Source: Chiloscyllium plagiosum
Taxonomy: Eukaryota
Length of the DNA: 64,000 nucleotides
Assembly (NCBI RefSeq): GCF_004010195.1
Contig: NC_057749.1
Location: forward strand, 7,735,936 to 7,799,935
Reading direction: 5' to 3'
The notes under the pieces are model-generated. The model did no database searches. It worked only from the letters and a program-made list of their open reading frames with translations, and was not told the origin of the DNA. The translations under genes and the position numbers were made by a program. Positions 50,830-63,803 of this stretch are shown in pieces; within the stretch, counting starts at the first letter, position 1, and each line of letters starts with the position of its first letter.

Positions 50830-52600
50830 GTACAAGGACATTCAGGTCTCATAGTACTTTACCCTCCCTCAACTTACAGCCATTCAAATAATAATCTATC
50901 TTCCGATTTTTGCTGCAGTTATCCACATTATACTGCATCTGCCATGCACTTGCCCCCTCAACCTGTCCAATTCACACTGCAACATTTCTGTATCCAGCTC
51001 ACAGCTCACTCTTCTACCCAGCTTTGTGTCATCTGCAAGTTTTGAGATATAACATTGACAAGTCATTCTGTTATAATGCACATTTCAGTAACGCAAATTC
51101 GCTGTAACACGATTGATGAATGGGGGACACTGTTTCTAAAGTGCGAACGTTTAAAACATGTGTTGCCAACACTTTAAGTGCTGTTTCTAAAGCACAATTT
51201 TTCTATAATACAAGGTTGCACAAGAATGCAACCATTGCATTATAGAAGAACTGCCTGTAGTTCCCTCATCTAAATTATGAATATATATTGTCAACCACTG
51301 GGGTGCTAGTACTGATCCCTGTGGTATCTGATGAATCACTACCTGACATTCATGAAAAGTTGCATTTATTCCTCCTCTTTGCAATCTGCTAACCAATTTT
51401 TTTATTCACCTCAATCCCATGCATTTTAACTTTACACATTAATCTCTTATGTATGACTTTGTCAGGTGCCTTCCAAAAGTTCAATTAAACCATGTGGAGT
51501 CATAGACTCATACAGTATGGAAACAGACCCTTTGGCCCAACTAGTCCACACTGACCATGTTCCCAAACCACACTAGTCCCACTTGTCTGTATTTGGCCCA
51601 TATTCATCCAAACCTTTCCTATTCATGTACTTAAACATTGTGACTGTATCTGCATCCACCACTTTCCCTGGCAGTTCATTCCACACATGAACAACTCTCT
51701 GGGTAAAATAAGTTGCCCCTCATGTCCTTTTTTAAAACTTTTTCCTCTCACCTTAAAAATATGCCTCCTCGTTTTGAACTCCCCAACCGGTGGGCAAAGA
51801 CCCTTGCTATTCACCTTATCTATGCCCCTCATGATTTTATAAACCTCTAGAAGGTCACCCTCAACTTCCTACACTCTAGTGGAAAAAGTCCCAGCTTATC
51901 CAGCCTATTTTTCCTAACTGAAACCCTCCATTGCTGGCAACTTTCTGGTAAATTTGTTCTGAATCCTTTCCAGCTTAATAATATCTTTTCTATAGCAGGG
52001 CACCCAGAACTGCACACAATATCCCAGAAGAGACCTCACCAACATCCTGTAGAACCTCAATATGACATCTTAACTCTGAAATTCAGAGGTCCGCACAATG
52101 AAGGTAAGCATGCCAAATGCCTTCACAACGACCTTGACTATGTGTAACACATCTAATGGCTCCCCTGATCAACTCTACTAGTTACATCATCAAAGATTCC
52201 AGTAACTTTGTCAAGCATGATTTCCCTTTTGTAAATCGATGATGGTTATCTAGCACTATTTTCAAAGTGCTTTGCTGTAAAATCCTTGTTAATAGACTCT
52301 AGCATCTACCCCATTCCTATCACCAAACTCACAGATCTATAATTTCCTGTTTTCTCTCTGCCTCCCTTGTATAAACAGTGGAGTTATATTAGCCTGCACT
52401 TCAGTCTGAAGAAACTGCTCCAGAATCCAAAGCATCTTGGAAGATGACCACCAATGCATTCATTATTTCTACAGCCATTTCCTTAAGTACTTAAGTAGGG
52501 TGTAGATAATCAGGTGCTGGGGATTGATCAGCCTTCAATCCCATCATTTCTTTGCTCATACAGTTTCTGCTTCAGTTCCTCCATCTCACAAACCCTGTGT
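50830..52600 (-). mobile_element. Old CR1-type LINE RT region with nested MITE and a younger LINE 3' end (about 51497-52140)
   Basis: ISKLADDTKLG, PQGSVLAPQW..IYIHNLDEG. Confidence 0.75.
51058..51259. mobile_element. Small MITE-like element (Tc1/mariner-pogo type, tentative)
   Basis: Imperfect TIRs acaagtcattctgttataatgc / gcattatagaagaactgcctgta; interrupts LINE RT. Confidence 0.55.
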
Positions 52601-53889
52601 TCCCCATCATTTTTGGTCCAAAAGGCATGAGAGTACCCCCACCAATAAATTCCTCACCAAGCAACACACCATCTTAACTTGAAATAGATCACCGTTCTTT
52701 CAGTGTCTTTTGGTTAAAATTCTTCAACCACCTCCCCAAAAACATTGTGTGTGGGTCTACACCAAATGGGCCACCAACGATCAAGAAGACAGCTCACTAA
52801 CACCTTCTTCAGTGGGCAAGTAAGGATGGACAATCAATGCTGGCTTAGCCAGCAATGCCCATTTCCCCAGAAAAAAATTAAACTTAAAACTTTGGCGATC
52901 TAAATCATCCATTTCAGTTCAAGGTTCAACATTTCTCCAAATTCTCTCAAAACAAAAACTCTACAGCATTTTTGTTTTGTCATACTGAGACCAAAATGGA
53001 ATGCAACACTCTCACCAACTACATTGCCAATTTTTCCTCAAGCATCTATGCATGAGAGTTTTGCAGTGTGCAATTGGGCAGTTGACTGGACTGACAATCA
53101 ATGTGTGAATCTTTGATAACTGTTTAAACCAACAGAACATAGAGGCCCGATGGTTCTAATACATTTGAAAAGTCAGACCGAATGCATAATTCTAGCACTG
53201 GATTGGAGTGATTCATCGCATCTCTATGATCCATGCTTAATCACTACCACTTCATAAACTTTGCAAAGACAAGTTGAATATTCGTATGATGTGACGTTAA
53301 TTAGAACGAGATTCATCACTTCTATGTATTCAATTGAACAAACATAATTTGGCAAGTTAAATACACTTCATATGAGTTTTTCATATCATCTTTTAGCCAT
53401 TATCTGATCATTTTCTTCTCAGCTGTGCCTGTCGTTAATTTTCCTTGATAAATTAGGAATCTGTAAATCACTATATTAATTACAGATTGATTTATAAATA
53501 TTTTCAGTCTGTTCAACATGTTCATAAATTATGTACAAACATTATTAAGCAAAATAATGAAAAGGTATAATCAGGATTTATGAGAGCTTTGAGTCATTTT
53601 CTGGTCCTAGAATTTTACAAATTGATCACCCGAATATGTTCTTCCTGCTAATTGAAGAAATCAATTATTTTTTGAATTCACTGCATCAGAAATGCATGTG
53701 GAAGCACACTTGATCTAATCACTCTTAGTGACAGCTCAGACTTTGTCAACATACCCTCTAATGAAGCTTTGTGAAGACACTGTACTTACAAGTCTGCGTC
53801 AACAGCTGTCAAGAATGAGCAGGCCAGCAGCAACACAGTGAGTGTGGTGTTTGGAAGTAATCTCTTCTGTTCCTTTCCACTGTACCTAC

Positions 53890-53946
53890 CTGGTTCCAAA
53901 GTCCAACCCGATTCAGTCCTGTTGACACATTTACAAATGGTACTTT
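53890..53946 (-). CDS. Candidate exon, 57 nt, phase 0-0, open (KVPFVNVSTGLNRVGLWNQ)
   Basis: Donor CAG|gtaggt; acceptor caatttag. Confidence 0.4.
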
Positions 53947-55209
53947 CTAAATTGACCTTCACAAAAAAAGGTTAACAAATCAGGGAACCAGGGGATTGGA
54001 TAACGTGAATGCGATGCAGAGTGATGATAATTCCTGCAAGGCCAAGGTTACCATGGAAATCCTGCCTTCTCAACTTCTCCCCTTCACCCCAGGTGTGGTG
54101 ACACTCAAATTAAACCACCACCAATCGGCTCTCTCTAAGGAGATAGCATCCTGTAGTTCACGGCTGCCTGACCTGCTGTGCTTTTCCAGCACCACACTCT
54201 CGACTCTGAACTCCAACATCTGCAGTCCTCACTTTCTCCTATGACACCTCTACCTTTAATGGATAATATCATAATGTTGTCACCAGGAGGCAGTAATGAC
54301 CTGGTGGTGTTGTTACTGGGTCATTAATCCAGAGACCCAGATAATGTTCTGGGAAACTGGATCTGAATCCTGCCGTGGTCGAGCTTGAATCCAAAAATTT
54401 GGAATTAGGAGTCCTAATGACATCCATGAATCTATTCTTGGAAAACGCACTTGGTTCACTAATGTCTTTTTGGGAAGGAAACTACCATCGTTGTCTGATC
54501 TACATGTGAGCCCAGACTCACAGCAATGTGGTTTTCTCTTGAATGCCCCTTGAGCAATTAGAGCTGGGCAATAAATGCTGGCCTGGCCAGCAACACCTTT
54601 ATCCTGTGTATGAATTTTAAAAATATATCGGGTACATGGCTACATTGGAGGCTAAATACACAATTGGCAGTGAGCTGTATGGGTCAGTTATCTCAACTGG
54701 CTGGACAGCTCACTTACAATGCGGAGTGATGCCAACAGTGTGGGTTCCATCCTTGTGCCAGCTGTGGCTACCATGCAGGACTTAATCTCCCCCCTTGCTG
54801 GAGGTGTGGTTACCCTTCAACTGCCACCAGTTGTCTGTCTCCCTCTCTCTCTCTCTCTAATGAGATTACAGTCTTTTGGGACAGTGACAACGTAATGGTT
54901 ACCAGCTGAAGGCAGCGCTCAACTTGATGCCTATCCTTCTATTTGAACAGACCCATGAGTGTGTTATTCTTTATCACAAATATAACACAGATTGTTTATT
55001 GGCTGGTAGCAAGAAACAGATGGCATTGACGATCAAATCACCTGAGTGAAAAATAATTGAAATGTATTCTATGGACCGTGGATGTATTGAGATTTATTCC
55101 ACTGCAGGATAGTGTAGCGTGGATACAGTGTAAAGTAGTAATTTAACTGAGGAGGCTGTTGGGAATGAAGGAAATGCTTTGATTAACTCCCCTCCTTCTC
55201 ATTCCAAAC

Positions 55210-55342
55210 CTTGGTGACAGTCTTCACTGTGGGCCGCAGCTTTTCTCTTCGTGCTTTTCAATCAAGAAAGAGCTTGCAACTATTGTCTGAACTCTGCAGC
55301 CTTTTCAAACTGCTTCAATGTCTGCCCTTTTCTTTTTGTAAT
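55210..55342 (-). pseudogene. Candidate exon, 133 nt; stops in all frames
   Basis: Strong acceptor ttttttctctctcatgttctttcag; donor AAG|gtttgg. Confidence 0.45.
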
Positions 55343-55632
55343 CTGAAAGAACATGAGAGAGAAAAAATATCAAGGTTGTGAGAGTTCACTGAAATTCATC
55401 CTCTTGAATTCCAATTCGCTCAGTCGGACTTCGGTTGTATTTTCAATGCTCCTGGAGTCTTTGAGTAAAAGTGTTTGCTTTCAAAGGCATCTGTATTAAA
55501 TATACTTCCCACTCATCTAAATTCATGCTCTCCGGTCATACTGGTTACAGCAATCTTGTAGGAACGTCCACAGCTCGGTTTTATTATATTAGATCTATAA
55601 GCGAGGCTAACTCTTCACCTGTTTCTTCATAG

Positions 55633-56075
55633 GATTATGGGACAGGAGAGGCTGAATAGACTGGGACGCTTTTCCCTGGAGCATAGAAGGTTGAGGGGTG
55701 TCCTTATAGAGGTTTATAAAATCAAATGGGGGACACATAAGGCGAATAGCCAAGGTCCTTTCCCAGAGTTCAAAATTGGAGGTCATAGGTTTAAGGTGAG
55801 AGGGGAAAGAATTAAAAGGGATCTGAGGGGCAACCTTGTTGCACTGACAGTGATTCAAGCATGGAATGAACTGCCAGAGGCAATGTAGATGCGGGTATAG
55901 TTGATACATTTAAAAGACATTGGGAGGGTACATGAATTGGAAAGGTTTAGAGCAATATGGGCCAAACACAGGCAAATGGGATTAGTTTAGTTTGGAAAAC
56001 ATGGACAACTTGGACCAAAGGGTCTGTTTCTGTGCTGTATGACGCTGTGAGTCTATGACGCCGTGACACTATGAC
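55633..56075 (+). mobile_element. HER1/CR1-type LINE 3' fragment
   Basis: ERLNRLGRFSLEHRRLRGVLIEVYKI. Confidence 0.85.
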
Positions 56076-56721
56076 TGAGAATGTAGTTTTGCCATTTTCA
56101 GTCAAAGTGTGGTGGTTAGCGTTTTGGAAACATCAAAACTAGGAGCAGGAGTAAGGCCTTCTTCAGCCATTTGAGTCTGCTGTACCATTCAATATGATCA
56201 TGGCTGATGCTTTATCTCATTGCAATATTCCTGCTTTCCCTCCATACCGTTTGATACCTTTATTATCTAAACATTTATCTGTCTCTTTCTTGAACATACT
56301 CAGTGACCCAGCCTCCACAGCCTTCTGTGCTTGTGAACTCTACATGTTGATTACCGTCTGAATAAATAAATATTTTTCTCATCTCAACCCGAAATGGCAT
56401 TTCTTGAAATTATAATTACAGATTTTAGACTCCTCAAGCAGGACAGACATCCTCCTGCATCTAGTCTAATCTAGCTCTGTAAGGATTTGACACCTTTCAG
56501 TGAAATCCCCTGATTTCTAAATTCCAAGGGATATAGGACCAATCAAATCAGTGCTTTCACTTTGGACAGTATTACCATACCCAATATCAGTGATGGAGAT
56601 GTTGGCCTATTGGTATTATCACTCAACTGTTAATTCAGCAACTGAGGTAATAAACTTAGGTTCAAATCCTGCCACAGCAAGACGGTGAAATTTGAATTCA
56701 ACAAGCATTTGGAGTTAAGAG

Positions 56722-56915
56722 GGAGGAAGTGAGAGCTGAGTAGAAGAGTGTGGTGCTGGAAAAGCGCAGCCAGTCAGGCAGCATTTGAGGAGCAGGAGCA
56801 TTGACATTTCGGGCATAAGCCCTGATCGAAGGTTTATGTCTGAAGCGTTGATTCTCCTGTTCCTCAGATGCTGCCTGACCAGCTGTGTTTTTCCAGCACC
56901 ACACTCTTCAACAGC
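56722..56915. mobile_element. Fold-back Penelope-derived insertion in a SINE
   Basis: Inverted arms; 12-bp TSD tgga(g/a)ttaagag at 56710-56721 and 56916-56927. Confidence 0.75.
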
Positions 56916-57577
56916 TGGAATTAAGAGTCTAATGATGACCATGAATCGATTGCCAGAAAAATCCATCTGGTCCACTAATGCCCGTTAAGGAAGGAAAGTG
57001 CTATCCTTACCTGGTCTGGCCTACGTGTGACTCCCTACCCACAACAATGTGGTTGACTCTTAAAGGTAGGCACTAAATGCTGGCCCAGCCAGCAACATCC
57101 ACAACCTGAATGAATTCTAAAAAAAAAGCCTGGTTTGTAGCAACAAACACACTGAATAGCTTGAACCATCAAGTATCAATCAGCTTAAGAGCTGACAGCT
57201 GGAGCATGGGCAAGTTTCTCAGTGAATCACAAGTCTCAACACTGACATTGTGGATTGCAACAAGCTGCTGGCTAATTGGATGTCAGTATCTTCGGCGTTC
57301 TAAAGGCTGCCAGTTGAGGCCTAATCCTTGGGTGACCTAGCAATGAGATGTGAAGTGTTCTTTATCTCCTTGTCACAAGGTATAGGTCATTGGGTTTGAA
57401 CGGTTTTAGAAAAAAGGGCATTCAGGAGCCAATCCCTTGCCTGTCATTTGTATCTCTAATTGCCCCTGGACCCAAGATTGTCAGCAAGCCAGGAAAGTCA
57501 AGAAAGGAGTCTATCACCCAGAGCTTAATTAGTGAGGTAGTAAGAAAGTGATCTCTCCAGAACCAACTTATTCAGTT

Positions 57578-57751
57578 TCAGAGTCGAAAAAGGTGGTGCT
57601 GGAAAAGCAGCATCTGAGGAGATCCTGATGAAGGGCTTATGCCTGAAGCATAGACCCTCCTGCTCCTCGGATGCTACGTGACCAGCTGTGCTTTTTCCAG
57701 CATTACCCTTTTTGACTCTGATTCTCCAGTATCTGCAGTCCTCACTTTCTC
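57578..57751. mobile_element. Fold-back Penelope-derived element, partly deleted
   Basis: ctgatgaagggcttatgcctgaag at 57625; 11-bp TSD cttattca(g/a)tt. Confidence 0.7.
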
Positions 57752-58804
57752 CTTATTCAATTATTCCAAGGCTCTTCCATTTTCATCTGAAATTATTATT
57801 GTTGTGTTCTCCCCAAAGTTGTCTGCAGTGCTTTTCTTCTTCTTCAACAGAAGATGATGAGTTCTATCAGACTCGAAACGTCTCTCCACAATTTCTCTCT
57901 CCACAAATGCTGCCAGTTTTTCCTGCACTTTCTGCTTTTACGATCAGCTGATGATTTATGTAGAGTGCTACCACATTTTACTCTTTCTAAACCAAAAACT
58001 AAACAGGTTATATAGGTCCTGGTCAGGCACTGTCACAAAGGGATAGTGAAAATTTATCAAATTTACATTAAAATATCATTCCTGGGAGTGATGCTGCCTC
58101 CCAGCTCCTGTGGTGCCCACTGATCACAAAATAACCTTCCTTGAAAAATGTTGAATCTCAGGCCCCCTATTTGGTTAACAGTGGAAGAGGATAAGCCCCC
58201 TAGTGAGTCTTAACATGAAGAGGCATTTGTTTTAATGAGATGTAGTTTATTTTATGCTAGCAATCGGTCCAAATGACATTGGCTAGTTAGGTATCATAAC
58301 TAAGCCTAGATAGTAATTGTGCATCTGTCTCCATTGGGATCTTAAGTTTGATCACTCTCTTCTACACCCTAGTCTATATGAGACAAGGCACAGTTTAATT
58401 CAGACTCCGACAGCAACAGTTATCTCACACAACAAAATCCACTTGTGCCCACACAGAAGACAAGATGGGATGGGGGCAAATTTCAATCCAGCAGAATACT
58501 AATGCAATCAAATGAGTTACCAGATTTTTGACCCTCTCTGTCAGAGTTAGTGAGGGGTAAGAAGTTAATGGGGAGGGGTAAAACTGAGCTGGGTGTTAAA
58601 TGGGCAGCTGATTTGATCCCATCACTGGGCAGGCAAGGTTACAATTGCTCCCTAAGAGATTTGCTAAGCAGCATTTCCCTTTTATTAACCTCTGCTGGCT
58701 GTTTCTTATGAATGTTGAATCTTTATCATAGCTCCTCTGGCTTACTCCTTAGTCCTCACTTAATTTAATCCCCAGGGATAACAGATTAATGGGCCTGTAG
58801 ATCC

Positions 58805-59018
58805 TTTTGACATGCCTGAAGTATATAAACTGGGCAATAGAAATCTGGAACTCTGGCCCACAACACACTGCAGGTGCTGGGGGACAGGTTGGCATCTGCC
58901 TTAAAGCTGGCAGCGTTATTGCTTCACAATTCTACATACAGCGAGAAGTGAATGCCTCTAAACTGGGTTGACATTCTGTTCCAGCTCTGGGAGAATGCTA
59001 CATTGTCAGAGATGCCAT
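58805..59018. repeat. Local duplication, copy 1 (partner 61000-61229, partly inverted)
   Basis: 82 bp inverted plus 135 bp direct, near-identical. Confidence 0.9.
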
Positions 59019-59366
59019 TTTAAATTTAATATCGATCTCACTCTTCGTGCACCTTCTTTGCAGCCGTAACATTGTATTCCTCGCCCTGTTCTATCACCCT
59101 AATGCATTCTTTATGGTATGATCTGCCTGTACTTCATGCAAAACAAAACTTTTCACTGTACCTGTGACAATAATAAATCAAATCAAACCAGTTAGTCACA
59201 TGTTTGATCATATAAGATGCCAATGCTTAAAGACATTCAAAGCCAATCTTCCATCAATCCCACAGCCATGTGGTTGACTCTTGAGCTCCCTCTGACATAA
59301 CCCAGCAAGACACTAATTGCCACAGAAGAGACTACAACAGTTCAAGAAGATGACATATTGCCACTT

Positions 59367-59822
59367 TTAGATTAGATTCACTACAGTACGGAAACAGGCC
59401 CTTCAGCCCAACAAGTCCACACCGACCCTCCAAAGAGTAACCCACCCAGACCCATTCTCCTACCCTATATTTATCCCTGACTAATGCATCTAACACTACA
59501 GGCAATTTAGCAATGGCCAATGCACCTGATCTACACATCTTTGGATTGTGGGAGGAAACCCATGCAGACACAGAGAGCCAAAGAGTAACCCACCCAGACC
59601 CATTCTCCTACCCTATATTTATCCCTGACTAATGCATCTAACACTACAGGCAATTTAGCAATGGCCAATGCACTTGATCTACACATCTTTGGATTGTGGG
59701 AGGAAACACATGCAGACACAGAGAGAATGTGCAAACTCCACATGGACAGTCGCCCGAGGCTGGAATCGAACTCAGGTACCTGGCACTGTGAGGCAGCAGT
59801 GCTAACCACTGAGTCACCGTGG
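59367..59822 (-). mobile_element. HE1-type SINE with 148-bp internal tandem duplication
   Basis: 59430-59577 repeated at 59578-59725. Confidence 0.85.
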
Positions 59823-60999
59823 CAGTCTGGGTTGGGCAGTAGGTGCTCACTTTGCCACTGATGTGTACATACCCCAAATGATTAAGGAAAATATACTGGA
59901 TGGTCAAAAACAGAATTGGAAGATCTTTCACTGGGTTGCTCGTGTTCAAGATGCCAACAGATATTTGAGGCATGGCCCCTTTGCTGATGCATTGAGGGAC
60001 TGGTGACCCCAGTACTGACAGACATATCAAATGCTGCAATATTTATGGCACTTGAATGTCTGTAAATATTGGTATGTTTCTATGATTAAACAAGTGGCTA
60101 ATTGGTTGGAGGAGTTTAGATGTATCTTTGTTTTACAAATAGCGTGGATTAAAGGATCAGAGTGAATCAAATAGGATCTGATGACAATGGCTTTGTGGTC
60201 ACCTTCAGACTAGCTTTTAAATCCAGATTAACCTATTGAATTCAAATGTCACTCACTCACCATTATGGAATATTTTATATATAAACATGGTCAGTGTTGG
60301 AGAAATTTTGCACATAATTGAAATAAGACTGAATGAGTCGATATCCCAACCAATGATGATCTGGTTTAGATACTTAGCACACACTTGTTCTTTTCCCTCC
60401 GTATATTTTTATTAGTAAGCCTTGTATTTATTACTTAATTGTCCTTTTGAATGTGAAGATGGCAATTGAGTAGCTTGCTGGGAGGATCTTACAGTCGATC
60501 GTATTGCTGAGTGCCTGGAGTCACATGGAGGCCAGACCAGATAAGGATGGCAGATTTCCTTCCCTAAAGAACAGGAGTGAATAAAATAGGCTGTGGCATC
60601 AATGGTTTTGTGTTGATCTTTAATTCCAGATTGAATTCGAATGCCACCAGCTCATCCTTGGGGAATTTCAATCCATATTCCCTGAAACATTGTCCTGAGT
60701 CTCTGCATTACTGGCCCATTGACATTATGACAATTTCAGTAATGCTCAATTAGTAAGGGAATGGAGATTAAGAATGATAAGTTAAATTGAGGACTAACAG
60801 ATCAGTCATGATGTCATTGAGAGGCAGAACAGACTCGTTGGGCCGAATGACGTACTTCTGCTCATGTCGTATTACAGATATACAGATATATAATAACATG
60901 CTTGATGTGCTACTCAGGTTTATTATCCTGCTTTTGTTCCAAATATTTTGATGTGCTTGCAAGACAAAAATCTATCACAAACAGTTTTAAAACTCTCTA

Positions 61000-61229
61000 T
61001 GTCCCCCAGCACCTGCAGTGTGTTGTGGGCCAGAGTTCCAGATTTCTATTGCCCAGTTTATATACTTCAGGCATGTCAAAATTATTTACTTTGAACAGGT
61101 TGGCATCTGCCTTAAAGCTGGCAGCGTTATTGATTCACAATTCTACATACAGCGAGAAGTGAATGCCTCTAAACTGGGTTGACATTCTGTTCCAGCTCTG
61201 GGAGAATGCTACATTGTCAGAGATGCCAT
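61000..61229. repeat. Local duplication, copy 2
   Basis: See 58805-59018. Confidence 0.9.
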
Positions 61230-61429
61230 CATTTAATGCAATGTTAATCAACAGTCACACGTAAACACAGACATAGAATCATACAGTGCAGGTCCTGCTT
61301 CAGTAGGTAAGGCACATTCAGTTAAATGACTCAGGGAAATATAAAATGCTGGAGGACATTTTTTACTTATAAATAATAACATATTGTATTTACATAGCCA
61401 CTTCAGTGTCACCCACCCATTCCACCTCC

Positions 61430-63420
61430 ACCCAGAGAGCTCAAAGGCATTGTGTTCCTGTTAGAGTGAAGGGTAAGGCTGGTAAGAGTAGGGAACAATG
61501 GACGAATAAAGGTAGTGAGGCTCTGGTCAAGATTAAGAAGGAGTCATATGTTAGGTCTGGACAACTGGGATCAAGTAAATCATTTGAAGATTATAAGGGC
61601 ATTCTTAAGAGGGAAATCAGAAGGGTAAAAAGGGAATAAGAGATAGCCTTGGTAGATAAGGTTAAGGATAATCCAAAGAGATTTTACAAGTAAGTTAAGA
61701 GCAAAAGAGCAACTAGTGAGAGAATAAAGCTCCTTAAAGATCAACGAAGTCATTGATGTGTGGGACCACAGAAGATGGGAGAGATACTAAATGAATGTTT
61801 TGCATCAATTTCTACTGTAGAGAAAGGGATGGAGGCCAAGGAACACAGGGAAATCAATCGTGAAGTCTTGAAAACCGATCACAGAGAAGAGGACATGCCG
61901 GTGCTCTGAAAAAAACATAAAGGAGGATAAATCTTTGAGACCTGATCAAATGTATCCCATAATGTTGTGGGAAGTTAAGGAAGAAGTTATGGGGCCCTGA
62001 GCAGAAATATTTATATCATCTACAGCTATGGGTGTAGTGCTGGAGGACTGGAGGATGGCTAATGTTGTGCCTTTACTAAGAAAGGCTATAAGGAGATGCC
62101 TGGGAACTATGGACCTGTGGGTCTGACATCAGTCATGTGTATGTTGTTGGAGGGGATTCTGGGATATAGGGTTTATATGCATTTACAGAGGAGGGACTGA
62201 TTAGGGATAGTCAGCATGGGTTTGTGCGTGAGAAATGGCGTTTCACAAATTTGATTGAGTTTTTTGAAGGAGTAACCAAAAAGACTGATGAGGGCAGAGT
62301 GGTAGATGTTATCTCCATGGACTTTAATAAAGCCCTTGACAAGGTTCCGCAAAGTAGACTGATTAGTAAAGTTAGATCAGGTGGGATTCAGAGAAAGCTT
62401 GCGAATTGGATGCAAAATTGGTTCGAGAGTGGGAGACAGAGGGTGGTGGTGGAGGGTTTTTGGCCTGTGACCAGTGATATTCCACAGGAATTAGTGCTGG
62501 TTCACTATTGTTTGTCATTTAAGTAAACGATTCAGCTGAGATTTTAGGCATAGTTAGTAAAGTTTATGGATGATACCAAAATTAGTGGTAACGTCAAGAG
62601 TGAAGAAGGTTATGTAAGGTTCAAAGGAATCGTGATCAACTGGGCTAATGAGCCGAGGTGTGGGAGATGGCGTTTAATTTGGATCAATGTGAGATATTGT
62701 TTTTTGGTAAAACAAACAATGGTATGGCCTATACAGTAAATGGTAAAGCCAACGAAAGTGTTATAGAGCAGAGAGACTTAGGGGTTCAGGTACATTTATT
62801 TAAACGTTTCACCACAGGTTGATAGAGTGGTTAAGAATTCATTTAGCATGCTGCTTTCATCGCTCAGACCATTGAGTATATGAGTTTGGACGTCATTTGA
62901 GATTGTTGAGGCCACTTTTGCAGTACTGTGTACCGTTCTGCTGAGACTGTTCAGATCAGATTTACCAGAGAGTTGATAGAACTGGAGGGTTTGAGTTATA
63001 GGGAGAGTCTGGATAGGCTGGGAGTTATTTCACTGGAGCGTAAAAGGTTAAGGAGTAATCTTATAGAAGTTTACAAATTCATGAGGGGCATAGATAAGCT
63101 GAATAGCAAAGGTCTTTTCCCTAGGGTGGGGGAGTTCAAAACGAGGGGGCAAACTTTTAACTTGAGTGCAGAAAGATTTAAAAGGGATCTGAGGGGCAAC
63201 ATTTTCACACAGAGGTCATGTGTGGAATGAACTGCCAGAGGAAATGAGAGATGCAAGGACAGTGAGAACATTTAAAAGACATTTGTACAGGCACATGAAT
63301 AAGAGAAGTTAAGATGGATTATGAACAAAACACAGGCAAGTGGGACCAGTTTAGTTTGGGAAAATTTGGTCAGCATGGACAAGTTGGACCGAAGGGTTTC
63401 TTTCTGTGCTGTATGACACT
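61430..63420 (+). mobile_element. Decayed CR1-type LINE ORF2 RT region and 3' end
   Basis: TNLIEFFEGVTKKTDEGRVVDVISMDFNKALDKVP; LEGLSYRESLDRLG. Confidence 0.9.
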
Positions 63421-63578
63421 ACAAATCAGATAAGCTTGTGCTTACCACTGTAGCATTTAAATCTACCAGGAGCAGTTACATACGCAGTAGCAAATGCAAC
63501 TTTCCACAAGTACCTGTTTAAACCCAATTGAAGTTTTGGAGGAGCAGTATTTGTTTTTCAGCATTGTCTTTTCCTAAC

Positions 63579-63803
63579 CTTTACTTCTCAGCTTTTTTGT
63601 TTGCTTCTATTTTGAGAGCCAGTTAAAATAGTCATTTCTCTGGGTGGCTGCCAGCATAAGCACCATTCCCAATGTTTGTACACAGTGATCAGCCACAGAG
63701 GACGGTGGACTGAAGGACAGCGCAGAATATATTTAATCACAGCCCCGGGATTTTCGTGACTGTCAGACCAGTTAGTCCAGAGTGAGTAGGAGAGGTACAG
63801 TCC
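63579..63803 (-). pseudogene. Candidate exon, 225 nt; stops in all frames
   Basis: Acceptor ccctattgttcag; donor AAG|gttagg. Confidence 0.4.

Larger units (their letters stand above)
5282..63803 (-). pseudogene. Candidate multi-exon transcription unit (about 20 exons), stop-interrupted; unitary pseudogene or lncRNA of unrecognised family; 5' end probably beyond the window
   Basis: Unique-sequence islands with polypyrimidine-AG acceptors and GT/GC donors, all on the minus strand; several phase-compatible open junctions; last exon ends TAA overlapping AATAAA (5282-5287). Manual reconstruction only. Confidence 0.55.
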
